From: Folioceros fuciformis
Lineage: Eukaryota
Direction: 5' to 3'
Length of the DNA stretch: 64,000 nucleotides
Assembly (NCBI GenBank): GCA_049999805.1
Contig: JBNGIO010006289.1
Location: 1-64,000 of the forward strand
In this document: piece after piece, positions 1 through 13,385 of the stretch
How positions within the stretch are numbered: position 1 is the first letter of the stretch
How the letters are laid out: each line of letters starts with the position of its first letter
Notes under the pieces: generated by a model
Databases searched by the model: none
What the model saw: only the letters and a program-made list of their open reading frames with translations
Told to the model about the DNA's origin: nothing
Translations under genes and position numbers: made by a program

Positions 1-331
1 AGCTATGTACATATAGCACTGCCCGGGCGGCCGGGTCCCAACATCTAGCACAAAAAAGAAAGGCCAGCAACAAATATCTTGTAATTGAATACTTCAACAA
101 ACATGTATGTAATGTAATGTATGTATATATATAATATAATGCACAGACTACAAGTTATCCGTGCGCCCCACCGCGCCGGAGCGGGGGGAAGGTCCCAACG
201 GATTTAATTAAGTCCAGGCTCACGACCGCCGCTTGCCTCTATTGGATTTAATGTTTGCTGTCTCTTAGGCCTCCCTCGTTCGTTCACTGTCGGGCCTGGG
301 CCCGGCTCTGCTCCTGCTCCTTCTCCTGCTC

Positions 332-2164
332 CTAGTCCTGCCACACGTGACGTAGGTCCAGGGTCGCGATCTGGTGGTGCACCACGGACCCCATCCACAG
401 CACCCCGTTCCGTTCCTGGACCTCGCTCAGGGTCTGCACCGCCGTTCCGTTGCGGTCCTCCAGGACCCGCACCACTTGGCCCTGCCTGTCCACCAGTGCC
501 GCCAGGGCCTTCAGCGGCTTCGGCTGGTACAGCCGGACGGTGTATCGGAGCGGCAGTGGCAGTAGGAAGAGCAGGCTCCTCGTCCAGGGGTTGCGGCTGC
601 ACAGCTCGTGGATCCATGTCCGGGGCCCGTTCATGGCTACCCAGAAGTCCCCCGAGCTCGTCCTCCGGATGTTGTCCGGGTACCCCATCAGGTCCTTGAA
701 CACCTCCGTCGTGCCGGTGCGCGGGCCTTTCAGCCATAGCCGAAGTATCCTGCATCATGAAAATTTGCAACACTCTTGCGGATGTCACAACCTGCATCAA
801 GGACGGGCAGGGAGGGGCCATGCCGTGCCATATCCTGGCCCCTGTGTGCGGTGCGCGCAAAGAGGAATAGGGGAGGGGAAAAAGAAAGCAAGACACTCGT
901 ACCGAAAATTCGTGGTCTCCGTGACCAGCAGGAACGAGGCGTCTTGGGAGATGGCAACGCCGTTGGGGAAATTCAGGCCGGAGAGCACCACCTCCGTGTG
1001 CTTGGACCCCGGGTCGTATCGCAGAAGCCGCCCGCTGGCTTCCCCTTCCAGAATCGACAAGAAGTACTGCCTGCGATTTGTGCCAATCCTGAGCTCGTCA
1101 ATGCATGCATGTATCCGGAACATTGCCAGATCTTGGAAACATGAAACTTTGCGTGCAAGCCAGGTGGATAGGCAGATATGGATGGAGAGGAGAGGCGAGG
1201 AGAGGAGAGCAGAGGAGGGGAGAGCACGCTGCCCGACCTCGGATGGGGTCAGGACCTTCGCACACTCTTCTACGACGTACGTACTATGTACAATGCTTTG
1301 CTGCTACCAGCTACCTCTGTGCGGCATGAAAAGGCGTGAAATCCTTGTTCATTCGTTGCCTTACCGTCGAGTCCAGCGCGTGCTGCTGTCGGTGAAGAAA
1401 ATGGAGCCGTTGGGATGAATGTCCAAGTCGTTGGTGAACTTGAGGGGCTGGCCATCCGCCTCGTTTGTCAAAAGCCGTGCTTGCCCGCCCTCTGCTCCCA
1501 CGCTGTGAAGCCCGAAGTAGGCGTCGGCGATGTAGAGCTGGCCATCGCGTCCCGCGTGCGTGTCGAACCTCAGGCCCAGCGGCCGCCCGCATTTGTGCTC
1601 AGTTGCCAACCGTGCCCTCTCCGTCTTCTTTGTCAAGTTGGTTGTGCAAGCCACTTCCCTGCAACTTGCAATTGTGCCTTCACGTCACCGTGACTACCTC
1701 TCATGCATGACATTACGTGCCATGCAGCTTTGTCCAACAATTCTCATCATCAATTCATTCATTACCAGGTGGGAGAGATGATAGCAAACGTCTCCCATTT
1801 CCCATCCTTCCACCGGATCACTCTCCCATCTGCAACACCAGTGTAAGGGCCCACGCCATCGTGGTCGAACTCCACGCTCTCAGGCCCCCAAGCAGAATTT
1901 CCGTTCCCCGAACCGAACGGGATGTCGGCTTTGCTCAGGCTGCTGCCACCAACGTCTTGTGGCCATGTCGCGGCCACTTCATGGATTCGACCGATGGGGT
2001 GCTGCTTGGGCGTGAAATCGAAGCCCGCCAGTGGCCCCAGGGTGTCCAGCTTCACCAGCAGAGCCACCACCAACATCGACGCCGCACAAACGATGTGCGG
2101 ATGCAGTTTCGCTGCAGGCAGTACCGGAACAGAATACACATGCCTCTGACTCACCCGCCGCCAT
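332..2164 (-). CDS. Strictosidine synthase-like (SSL/APMAP family) beta-propeller protein, multi-exon
   Basis: Exon translations show family motifs: GPESVEFD..G.GPYTGVADGRVIRW (~1765-2111), CGRPLGLRF..LYIADAYFGL..FTNDLDI (~1365-1658), GRLLRYDP..GLNFPNGVAIS (~903-1069) and GYPDNIRR..GDFWVAM (332-749). Introns are GT-AG. The start is uncertain: ATG 2164 via a 43-nt intron, or an alternative ATG. Confidence 0.9.
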
Positions 2165-2776
2165 GACTTCCACCGAGATCTCACCGCTTGCTGCAAGCTC
2201 CCTGCGGTGCCTGTCAGCAGGTGGATCCATCCCCCCATCTTACGGGCGCTGCGCCGAGAAAACAGCTCCCAAAATTGTCAAGCTGGATTTTGCATCGCTT
2301 CAAGATCTCCTTCATGCCCGCTGCATGTGAGAAAGCAGGTTCGCCATGCTTTTAAACATCACAGTCCGGACGCTAGCATGCAGGTAGCCTTCGCCTTCCT
2401 CATGCAACTACTCGTCATCTTCTTGTGAATCACACATTGCCTTTTAGTTGTCCAAAAAGGTGGAAGATGAAAATTATTACACACCCACGCCCGACAGAAT
2501 TAGAGTCAGGCGCATGCCAAGGGCCACACGGTCTTCCATCCAGGACAAGAAAGCAGGGAAAGCTCGGAGTCGGAAGCTCGACGACAAACCCCACACTGGC
2601 TGCATGATGTATGGCCAGTACGATGATGTAAAGGGGTCAACAACCACTCCTCTTTCGCACAAATTATTGCACGGTCCTTGCAATGGCTAAAGAATCAGAG
2701 ACATGGTCTCATCTACACCTTATCGGGATACATACAAACAGCTCCAATCCGGGGAGTGTGAATGAATTGAACGCGG

Positions 2777-5700
2777 CTATGCCTGCCTCGCGTCCGACAA
2801 AGGATCCCCAATTGGCAGCATCAGAGTGGAGGGGTTTTCCACGTCATGGGCCGACTGGCTCGATTCATCGTGCACCCTACGCGCTTGCTCAGTGGCTGCA
2901 GACAAGGCCGCAGCTGCTGCTCTGGCGGCCCCTCTTCTGTGTCTCCAGTTCATGTACTCCAGGAAAAAAGCATTGATGCTCATCGCGATGCCAAACCCAG
3001 CAAATGATGATAGTAAAATGGACAACACAGCTTCAACATGAACCTGAACACGAATGAACCGACACCCACAGGAATATTTCCGTTAGAGTTTCCTTCGATG
3101 ATGCGGACGCTGGTCTCGTAGGGTATAAACTCAAAAGAAATCATTTTCAGCTCGACTACTAGCCAGCGTCACGTCATATAAATCCAAGCTGTACATACCA
3201 GTGAGTAAAACAAGTGCGCAAATAGAATCACCAGTATAAACTGAAAGGCTGCATACAGCCATACATATCGCTTGCTCACTGCACATCCAGCACATGATCG
3301 TGAGAATTTCACACCCAACACCAACGCGGACATGCACTTCGCTTTTCTATCCAACACGTACATGTTATTGACACAAGTTTTTTTATTTATGATTTAGCAT
3401 TGGATACGTGAATAGTCTTATTTTCTGGCTTGATCAACTTCCCCCAGATGCCACTCAGATCAAAATCACACGTTCTTCTCATTTACCACTCCAGCTATCA
3501 ATCATGAGAGATTCGAAACAGCCATCACATACAAAACACCTGGACAGCACACAACATATTCATTGGTGATTTGCATCCATGAGCTGGAAAATTTACCGTG
3601 TCGGTTCAAACCTTACCAAGCGGTGACGCTGTTACTGGGCCCTTACCAAGAGTTGAAGCAGTGACAGAGGCCAGCAAGCCAAGCACACAAGCAAATGGCA
3701 GCGCGATCACTAGAGCGCTGGATCCCATGTGCATGACCTGTGCCATTTCACACGCAAGAGACGTCTTGAATGATTCCCAGCCACGATGCCAGCCTAGACA
3801 GAACAGTATTTACTGCATTCCAGGACCATCATGACTGACCGGTCAATTATGTAAAAGCGACGACGGCTTTGAAATACGTACCAACAACTGCTCCAGGAAG
3901 CAAAAGTAAGCAAGCATGCTTATCATGACTAAAACAGGAACGTCTTGCCACACCCTGCAATCCAGGATGAAACCGTAAACGTCAGTCAAACGCCAGAAAC
4001 GAAATTTGTGGCCTGTCAGATGAGCAAGGAAATTTATCCCTAGAGACAACAACGATTACTGTGAGCTTTACGACTGGAAGCATACCTCCTTAAGTCCTCC
4101 TGTGGTGCACCTCTCCTGTTCCCAAGTCGATTATGTCCCATTCTCATCAAAGTCACAGGTAGATTTCGTACTACTTGGCCACATACCTCACACGTGTGAT
4201 TGCCCTTTATGCTGAACCACTTAATCGCACATTCTTCATGAGCAAGTGCAAGTTCCCCCTTGCAACTGCATTCCATCTTCAAAGTCTCGCCACCCTCAGC
4301 GAGCTCTACCAGACATATCCTACATACAGCTTCATCTTCGGAAATTTCTTCACTCTTCTGCTCACCTGTTCATAACCATCTCCAGAAGTAAGCAGGCAGT
4401 CCAAGCATAGAGGTGTAACATGAGATGTGCGATTCCAGAGACCAAATAGCAACTCTTTGCGAATCAAACTGTGTGCACGACCTTACATTTCAGGATCATG
4501 CTGACCAAATTATGCCTTGCAAACAAGAATATCATACCTGCCTCCACATCTCCACCAGCTTGAACAATATCAGGTGTTGTAGTGCCCTCCTCAGCCTCAT
4601 GTTCAACAGGTCGTCTAGTTGGTCTCATGAGCATTACACCTCCTTGAGCCTCTCCTCTTCTCAAGCTAGAAACCTCATGTAAAGGAACCGATTGAGATCT
4701 TACTATGCTGCTCGTCTTCCTAAGTAACATCTGTGACAAACAAAGACGTACTCGGAAGGACGAACACAGGAGCCCGCAAAGGCCGCAATCTCATACCTCA
4801 GAAGCATACGAACGTGCCACACAGCTAAGGTACACAACATGCGCGGCATAAGTGAAGCACGAAAACGCAATGAGTACGCACATCAGACGACGTATCCTCA
4901 ACCGAAGAATCCTGTTGCTTAGCCTGTGAAGTAGAGGCATCATGTTCAGATAACAGAACACTCGGCAGAGGCATAGAGGACGTCCTTTTGGTTGAAAGCG
5001 AAATCCAATTCTTCGGCATAGAAGGAACATTAGCACTTGGCGACTTCGAACCTGCTACAACATACAAAGGGGACTTCGGGGGTGTGACGGACGGGGACCG
5101 CCTGACTGGAAGTGCGTCCTGGACAGAAGTCCTAGACCTTGGACGGGGAAGAAGCCCCTTGGTGGACGACTTCCCATTCTTCGTCGATCCGGACGGTGGT
5201 GGCATGTTCACCCTAAATGTTTCCAGTTCCACGTCACGGCCGCCAAGCTCAACAGCATTGGAGGTATATCTGTCCCTCTCCCCCGGGTCATCACCCTGAC
5301 CTGTACTACAAGCGGGCTGCTCCTCAGCCTGCACGCAATAAATACAATCACCTGATTCAAACTTCATGACACGAAGGACATCACGCATTCAACCCTGAAA
5401 ATTGCAACGACAGGCAATCGAGCCTTCAATCCTCAGAAGTGCAACGACAGGCAATCGAGCCTTCAATCCTCAGAAGTGCAACGACAAGAAAATCCGGCAA
5501 AGGCAGTCAATGCGTCAGTCCGGGAATAACCAGACAGCGAATTGCTTTCACGTCACAAAAGATACTCCAATCCCTCCAACCTCGAAAATCGAAACGGACA
5601 ACGAACCAGCAAACAAAAGTTCCTCATCTCACCCCGACAAATTCACACACGAAGCAGCACAGAACAGAACTAAGCAAGTGATACGTTGTCCTGCGTACCC

Positions 5701-5869
5701 CGGAAAAGGACGGTCCCGCAGCCCCCGACTGGGATGCGACGCCACCAACCTTGCCGTCCTCTGCGCGTTCATCGGAAACCAATCCATGAGTCTCCGTGCT
5801 GGCCTCCGGCACGACGACAGCGCCTGCCTCCTCACCTACCGCCACCACCCTGGGCTGCTCCGATGCCAT
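2777..5869 (-). CDS. RING-CH (RINGv/MARCH-type) membrane E3 ubiquitin ligase, multi-exon
   Basis: RINGv motif [47 protein letters not shown], followed by plant-typical TM exons [41 protein letters not shown] and [12 protein letters not shown]. Confidence 0.92.
5404..5486. repeat. 37-bp perfect tandem duplication in intron 1 of the RING-CH gene
   Basis: GCAACGACAGGCAATCGAGCCTTCAATCCTCAGAAGT occurs twice, followed by a partial third copy. Confidence 0.9.
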
Positions 5870-7473
5870 ATTGTCCCAGCTCCTAAACCTACCGACAGCA
5901 TCAGTAAGGTTCCCTCAGTCCACCTCGGTGGAATGCCCAAACCCCGACACTCGAAACGACGAGCCGGGCAGCCCGAGCCCCATGCCCAATGCTGCAGCTG
6001 CAACTCCACTTCACCTCCCGCCAGAAAGAGAATGATCAGTGCACAGTCCAGACGCGCACTCGCAGCGATGCCGTAATTGAAGAGAGCGCGATATCCTGGC
6101 AGCCGACTCCGCAGGTGGCGAGCTACGGCGTGCGGGGTGGAGGAAGCGACAGGCGTCTCGGTTTGGCCACGCTCCTTGCTATCTGCAGCGGCCTCCTGTT
6201 ACCGCCCCATGGTGTCCTGGCTGCGAATATGTTTTTTATCGCTCACTTCCGGACTGGAAACTGGGAGCCGCTGCTTCGGAATTGCGGGCCAGTTCCTTTC
6301 TGTCTTCTGCCAAACCAGACGCCTGCCGGCGACAAGTGGCCGCCTCGCCTCCTTGTGGCTACGTGTCCGCCTCGCGCGACACCTCATTCTGCCTCGCGGT
6401 TTCCCTTACTGCGTCACCGCACCAACCACTGCGCGCTCATAGGTCATGGATCGGGATCACATGCACGACCCGGGAAACGCCTGTACAGCCACTGTGGCAT
6501 CCATATCTTTCCATATGCTCGGGCCTAGAACTAGACCCAGCAGCTGGATATGATAATACACGGATCATCTGTACAAAAAGCCAGAATGCTTTGGAAATGC
6601 GTAAGCAGGCAGTTGCAGTTATCCAACGCTACACAATATCCGACAGTCCTGTTTGACCAAACACCCGGGAGAGCAGCTGCCTGCTTGTCTTATACAGAAA
6701 CAAGTGCTTGCAACACAGCAGGCCTGCAGAAGGCAAGCAAGGGTGACTTGGTTGGCCAGGCCGCTCGGGCCTTGTGCTCCACTGTGCTTACACAACGAGC
6801 GACTCGTGTCCCCGCCCTTTGCTGTGCATGCCCAGGCTCCAGCAGTTAAAGCGGTCCCGGTCACCACGTCCGTTGTGGAGCCCAGCCGTCAAAAACGCTG
6901 GCGTGCTCGTTACACTCTGCCACATTTTGCATTCACGGTCTACCAGGCACTTGCTCAACGCTACATTGCGCAGCAGACGCATTCTGGATTGGACATCGGG
7001 AGATGGGGCGCATGGAAATGGGGCATGGAAGGGTGGAGAGGTGTGCGGCGTGTGGAAAGCTCATGGAATGGGACAGAGAAGCTGGAGATGGGCACCCTCC
7101 CTTTGTTTTCCGTATGAAATTCGTCCGAAGCCGCCGCGCTCTTTACAAGAATGGTGTACACCTAGGTGCTCTTGTGGAGATTGCAAGGCGGCTCTTTAAG
7201 ACCTCACGGGGTAGACACACCCGTCCGTTATACTAATGCCCGCAGATGCAAATTGCACTCAAATAGCCAGCGCAGCCAGCTTTGCAAGGAACATGTCCAC
7301 TCCTGTGGACCATCACATGTTCATCATCTTATCGGCCATATTTCAGTTTCCAAATCAAAACCAAGGAAGGATGCGTGATGTTTCGGTTCACCTGCAACTT
7401 AGGTTATTTCCGGCATGCCTGTCGTCAGCTATAATCGTCCTACTAAAGAAAATTCAAAGGAACTTGGAAACCG

Positions 7474-10400
7474 TCAACCGTTGAGCTGGGCGCGGGACGA
7501 GGAGCACAACTGCATGAAAAAGAGGAACAGGTTTCGGAAGAAATCGGCGGGACTTGTTGCAGAAGGCTGAGAGAGAGTTTTTATTTGCTCCTGCAGACGC
7601 ACATGCTCTAGCATGTAAGAATTCTCACACCCGCAGCGATCAAAACTGGGTAATGTAAAGCAATGTGTCGGAAGTATCTCACCTGAGGGCGGCTTTCCAG
7701 CGACTGAGTAGGTACTGGTACTTCTATGTCAGAAGCAGATGGAGGAGATGGATCCTCTGCGTTCACAGGCGTTCCACGGCCCAACACACCTGTCGGCAAG
7801 AAGTCACGGCTTGTTTGTGATCCAAGGGCCGGTGTGCTTTCCAACAGGGTAACTTCGTAGTCTTCAAATTTGTTCCCTGCTCCTGAGTCACGTTCGTCCA
7901 GCTTGTTCAGCTCCTCTCCCTCATCAACCGCTCCTTTCGTCAGTTGAACGACGCTGGAGATGACGGTTCCAACAGGAGCGAGCGCGACGGACTGCTCGAG
8001 ATCTGCCTCCAAGACGGATGCTGAATTGTCACCTAACACCGTCTTGACTGCCTCCGAATCCGGAACTTGAGCAACCCTCACAGCTTCATCTCCGAGAACT
8101 TTGGATTGTAGACCAGGAGCTGAACTTTTTGTTTGGAGACCAGCGGCTGTGCCAGTGTTTTGGTCTTCGAGCTTTAGCGAGCCTTCAGCACCAACAACTG
8201 GCTGGAGATCAGGTTCCGCACTCCTTCCTGTTACGATACTGATGTCCCTAGAGACAACTGGGCTTTCCTCGGCCACACTAGAGCTTTGGCCATCTGTTTG
8301 GAAAGCCTCGGTAGATGGCAAAACTGCAAACTCGGCCTTCCCCTCCCCGATGGAAGTCACGTGATTGTCATCCCGTGGTGCGCTATCGTGAGCCCCTTCA
8401 CTTGACACTGATGTAACGCCTCCATACTTTTCACCATCTTCTGTTTCGCCGTTTGCTACACCGAAGTCAGAAGCAGATGCAACTTCTGCTTCTCTTTCAA
8501 GCTCCACTTTCTCGGCAGCCCCATCCGACCTGCTTATTGGAGTTGGTGTGTCTTCAACACTCCCATCCTTTTCAACAATGGTCCAGGAATCTTCCTTGGT
8601 TTCACCACAGGGTGCTTCCAGGACAAGCTCTTCCGGAACAGTTTGAATTTGAGGTGGCTCAGGACTATTGCCGCCGGCAAGGAGAGCAAGATCCCGAGAT
8701 TCACCGACTGCAGCATGCGCCCCGGAAGCAGATACATCCTGTACTTCATTGCCTAACTCTGACACCTCAGGTGTCTCATCCAAGCTGCTTTTGGTGTTTA
8801 GTGATGCTTCTACAGTCCCCACCCTTACATCCAGTTCTTCAGAAGTCTCTTCCCTGATTTCCACAGGCAACGTTTCGGGCTCCTCAGCAACAGTCGCAGG
8901 ACTACTGTCAGAAAGGACACCATGATCCTGCCGTGCTGGTCCACCATTCGCCACACTGGCCTCAGAGGAAGATGCATCTTGGATTTCATTTTCTTGCTCC
9001 ACCTTGTCGGAAGTCCCATCCAACCTCGTTTCGGCGACTGGCGGTTCCTTGAGGGTCATCGAGCTGGCATCAGTTTCTCCACTAGTCTCTTCCTTGGTCT
9101 CCTCAGACAACCTTAGAGGCTCCTCCTGGACAGTCTCCGGACCACTGCTAGAAAGGAGAGGACGATCCTCAAGTGCTGGTTCACCGTCTGCAGCACTGAC
9201 CTCAGAAGCAAATGCATCTTGAACTTCATACTCTTGCTCTAACTCCTCGGAAGTTTCATCCAACCTGCTTTCGGGTATTTGTGAGTCTTCCACAGTTTGC
9301 ACGTTCGATTCAATTTCTTTTGACGTCTCCTCCCTGATTCTGTCAGACGACGTTTGAGGCTCCTCCGCGGCAATCTCAAGACTGCCATCGGAAAGGACAG
9401 CAGGATCCTTAAGTGCTGGTTCTGCGTCTTCACCACTGGCCTCGGGAGCTGGAGCATCTTGAAGTTCATGTTGCCGCTCAATGTTGTCTGAAGCCTCATC
9501 CAACCTGCTTTCGGGGACTGGCGTTTCTTCGAGAGTTTCAGCGCTTAATTCCAGAACTTCAGTCGTCTCTTCCTTGGTGTCCTCAGAGAACGTTTCAGGC
9601 TCCTCCAGAACAGTCTCAGGAATGCTGTCAGAAACTATTGCACGATCCTGAACTGCTGGTTCACCCTCCGCAGCACCGGCCTCAGAAGTAGGTGCATCTT
9701 GAACTTCATCATGTTGTTGCTCCAATTTCTCCGAAGCTCCATCCAAACTGCTTTCGGAAGCTGGTGATTCTTCTACAGACCTCACGCTTGAATCAGCGTC
9801 TCCTGAAGTCTCTTCTTTGGTGTCAGACGGCGTCTGAGATTCCTCCGCGGCAGTCTCAGGACTAGTCTCAGAAAGGGCAGCAGCCTCCTCAAGGGCTGGT
9901 GCACCCTCTGAAACACTGGCCTCAGGGTCCTCAACATCTTGACCTTCATTTTGCTGTTCTAGGTTCCCGGAATGCTCATTCAGCCCCAGCCCGCTTTCGG
10001 GAACTGGTGTCTCTTCCACGGTTCTCACGCTTAAATCAAATTCTCTTGTCCTCTCTTCCTTGGTCTCATCAGACGACGCCTCAGTCTCTTCCGGAACAAT
10101 CTCAGGGCTACTGTCAGAACCGACGGCAGGGTCTTGAGATGCTGGTTCAATCCCTGCAGTACTCGCCTCAGAAGCAGCAACATCTTCAACCGCATCCTGT
10201 CGTTCTAACGTCTCGGAAGCCTCGTCCAACCCAGTAATGGGAAGTTCTGGAGATTCATCAGACACGTCCACGTCAGTTGCTCGCGTAGTCTCTCCCGTGG
10301 TCTCACCAAACGACGCTTCGGACTCCTCGGGGACAGCCTCGGGACTACTGGCGGCAAGGTCAGCAGGATCCTGAACGGCTGCCTCGCCGTCTGCACCACT

Positions 10401-12098
10401 GCTCACGCCCTCGACCTCCTCAGAAGGAGAAGAAGCCACAGGTTCCTGTACACTCCTGTCCACGGGGGAATTGCCCTCACCAACAACAGCTTCATCCTGC
10501 ACCTGTTCGCGTTCAGCCTCTGCAGTGCTGGCCTGCTCAGACGGAGTACCTTCATCCTGCACGAGTTCGTCCACGTCAATCGCTCGCTTAGTCTCTTCCT
10601 TTGCCTCGTCAGACGAAGGTTCAGGCTCCTCGGGTACAGCCTCAACAATACTGTCGGCAACGTCAGGAGGATCCTGGATGTCTGCTTCGCCCTCTGCAAC
10701 GATGCTCACGCCCTCGACTTCCTCCGAAGGAAAAGTAGCCACAGGTTCCTGGACACTGCTGTCCTCGAGGGAATTGCTCTCACCAACATCAGCTTCATCC
10801 TGCTCTCTTTCAACCTCTGTACCACCGGCGTGCTCAGAAGCAGTAGCTTCATCCTGCACTCGTTCGTCCACATCAGTTGATGGCGTAGTCTCATCCTTCT
10901 TTGTCTCATCAGACGAGGCTTCAGGCACGTCGTGGACAGCCTCAGGGCGACTATCGCCAAGGTCAGCAGGATCCTGAATGGCTGCTTCACTCTCAGCATT
11001 ACTGTCGGCAAGATCAGGAGGATCCTGGACGTCTGCTTCACCCTCTGCAACGCTTCTCACGTGCTCGACTTCCTCCGAGGGAAATGTGGCCACAGGTTCC
11101 TGGACACTGCTGTCCTCGGGGGAATTGCTATCACCAACAGCAGATTCATCCTGGTCTTTTTCAGCCTCTGTACCACTGGCCTGCTCAGAAGTAGTAGCAA
11201 GCTCTCCCTCCTTGCCTTCGACCGAGGGACTGGTTTCAGATACGAAAACTGTCTCTCCTGCAGCCGTCACCTCCTCAGTATCGACGTCACCAGTATCCTC
11301 CACAACGCGTTCTTCAACCGGAGCGCTGTCCTGGAATGGGCTTCCTTCCTCCAACCGATCAGTACTAGATGGAACCGCATCTTGAGTCCGAGAAATGTCT
11401 GCACTCTCCTCCTGCAAAAACTCGAGCAAATCAGTCACCTCACAGCCGATCCCTGCACGAGAAACCAAAGTCCAGCAACACGGGGAGCTTGCAAATGAGA
11501 GTACACGCACGTACCTCTAGGACCACGGAGTCGTCCTCCACGTCGGCCATGCTCGCAAGGGTATCGGCCTCCAATTTCAAGGGCCTGGGACTGTTGCCAG
11601 GGCTACCGTACACCCTACACGGCCACAGAACAGTTCATTCCCGCTCATCCACTAAAATGCGCGATCACAAAATGGCAGCTGACAGTCTCGCCCGCCCCTC
11701 TCCCCCCCGTACCCCGAAAAACTCACAAGCCCGCACAAAGCATCTATACCTGGGCTCTTCAATATCCTGATGCAACTTGATCCTGAGCAGAGTAACAAGC
11801 TGCCGGTCCTGCAAACCCAGAAAGACATCCCTCAGCCCCCGCCCCCCTCCAAGTCCCCAAAACCCCCAACACCCCCGCGCGTCACCACACGGGCTCACTC
11901 AGCTCAAATCCTCCCCCGTCTGCCCACCATCCGATCCAACACTCCCGGCTCCAGAAATGAAACGGCCCGATCCGGGCAGCAGCAACATACGAGGCGCAGA
12001 GAAGGAGCCCGCACCTGGAGCCCGTGTGTGTTGATCCCGAACTGGCGGCAGAACTGGAGCAACTCCTTCCGAGGTTTGTACTGCAGATTGTCGTGCAT
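7474..12098 (-). CDS. Large acidic (E/D/S-rich) tandem-repeat protein with an N-terminal SAP-like helix-turn-helix
   Basis: Exons: ~12015-12098 (MHDNLQYKPRKELLQFCRQFGINTHGLQ), ~11749-11807 (DRQLVTLLRIKL), ~11515-11614, a giant exon 7684-11412 (acceptor TTTTGCAG|GAG), and a last exon 7474-7590 (EQIKTLSQPSATSPADFFRNLFLFFMQLCSSSRAQLNG*). The start codon is uncertain. Confidence 0.75.
8700..11190 (-). repeat. Coding tandem repeats: ~80-aa (240-bp) units, plus three longer ~100-117-aa units at the N-terminal side
   Basis: GCTGGT anchors end at 8940, 9180, 9420, 9660, 9900 and 10146. The motif SVQEPVA..PSEEVE..V...A.GEA..QDP.D.A recurs near 11100, 10750 and 10450. Confidence 0.85.
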
Positions 12099-13385
12099 AC
12101 TCAAGATCCGGTTAAGAGCGGGAGAAGTGGGGGCCGTTTACGTGGCATTCGAAACAGCTCTTCTCCGGCCTCCATGAGCCGAAAGAAAATTACTGTGCGG
12201 CAGTGCGGGGATAGGAATCGCTGACCGGCGAGCCCTGGAAGGAGTACTAATTAAGGCAGTCCAGGCCAGGCCCAGGCCATGGTAATCCCGCACTTTCCAC
12301 AGAGATTACAATCCGCAGTTTTGCTGTTGCTCCAGCCGCTGCCGCGGGCCGCAACAAAAGCCGACCATCCCAGCGCTGAAGCATTCCGTTCATCCATTGC
12401 GGATCCGCGCACCAACCCCCGGAGCCTTAAAAAAATGAGCCCCACAGCTGGCCATGAAGGCCACACCTGGCGTCCGGCTCAAATCTTTGTCCCGAGGCGA
12501 GCCCGCTCACCGTCACCTCTCGGCTCTCTGGCCTGCTGCCAATCGGCACGTGGCTCACTCCACGACTCGCATTCGCCCGCCACCATGGCGATACTTACGA
12601 TATACACATCGATCTCGGTATCGCCACCTGGGCCGCATTGCTGTCATGGGCTCCTGGGTCCCCCGTGGGGGTCCCATGACCCAGCGGCGCGCGTCTGCAC
12701 CACGGCATTTGGTGGAAGCCCGCTCACCGACCGTGACGTTCCCGCCACAACAACGCCAATCCACTCCACACCGGCACATCGAAAACCCTACAAGGGTAGC
12801 TAATTTACATCGTGAGTGCGTTATCGCACTGTGAGTTATCCAGTACGTCCACGACATGGCGTTCAGACTCTTTTCTTGGAAGTAGATATTGAGCCAATAG
12901 AAGAGGCGAGGCAGTCGAACCGCCATCATCCAACGACCAGACGGCCCTATAGGCTTAACCTACCGCACCCACCTACTGCGCTACACAACCCTACTGGAGA
13001 GGAGGACAACTGGCGGAGGCTGTTCACGGTATCTACCCGACAGCTCGACTTGGGGAGTGGCAATCAAAAACGACGGACCCTCCCGAGCCAGAAGCACACT
13101 TCCTGCAAACCAATGACCAATCGCAGCTTCAGTATATATGCAGCTATCCACATCCGAGACGTCAGCTCACAACACGGCCACGCCACATCAGACGAGAGCA
13201 AACAGCATGCTAACCGGCGCTTGTCTTCCCACCAGTGCCCCAGGAATCAAAGACAGATGTCTGTGGCTGATTACTGTGGATCTGCGTAACCCACCAAATA
13301 ACGTATATTCAGAAAACAGGACAAATAGACATCATTCACTAATACATGATATCCGTATGGAGCACCACCGCCACTTTCGTTTGAC

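Noticed and set aside
332..2164. Alkaloid biosynthetic gene cluster around the SSL gene
   Set aside because: No other pathway enzymes are nearby, and most SSL proteins are not true strictosidine synthases.
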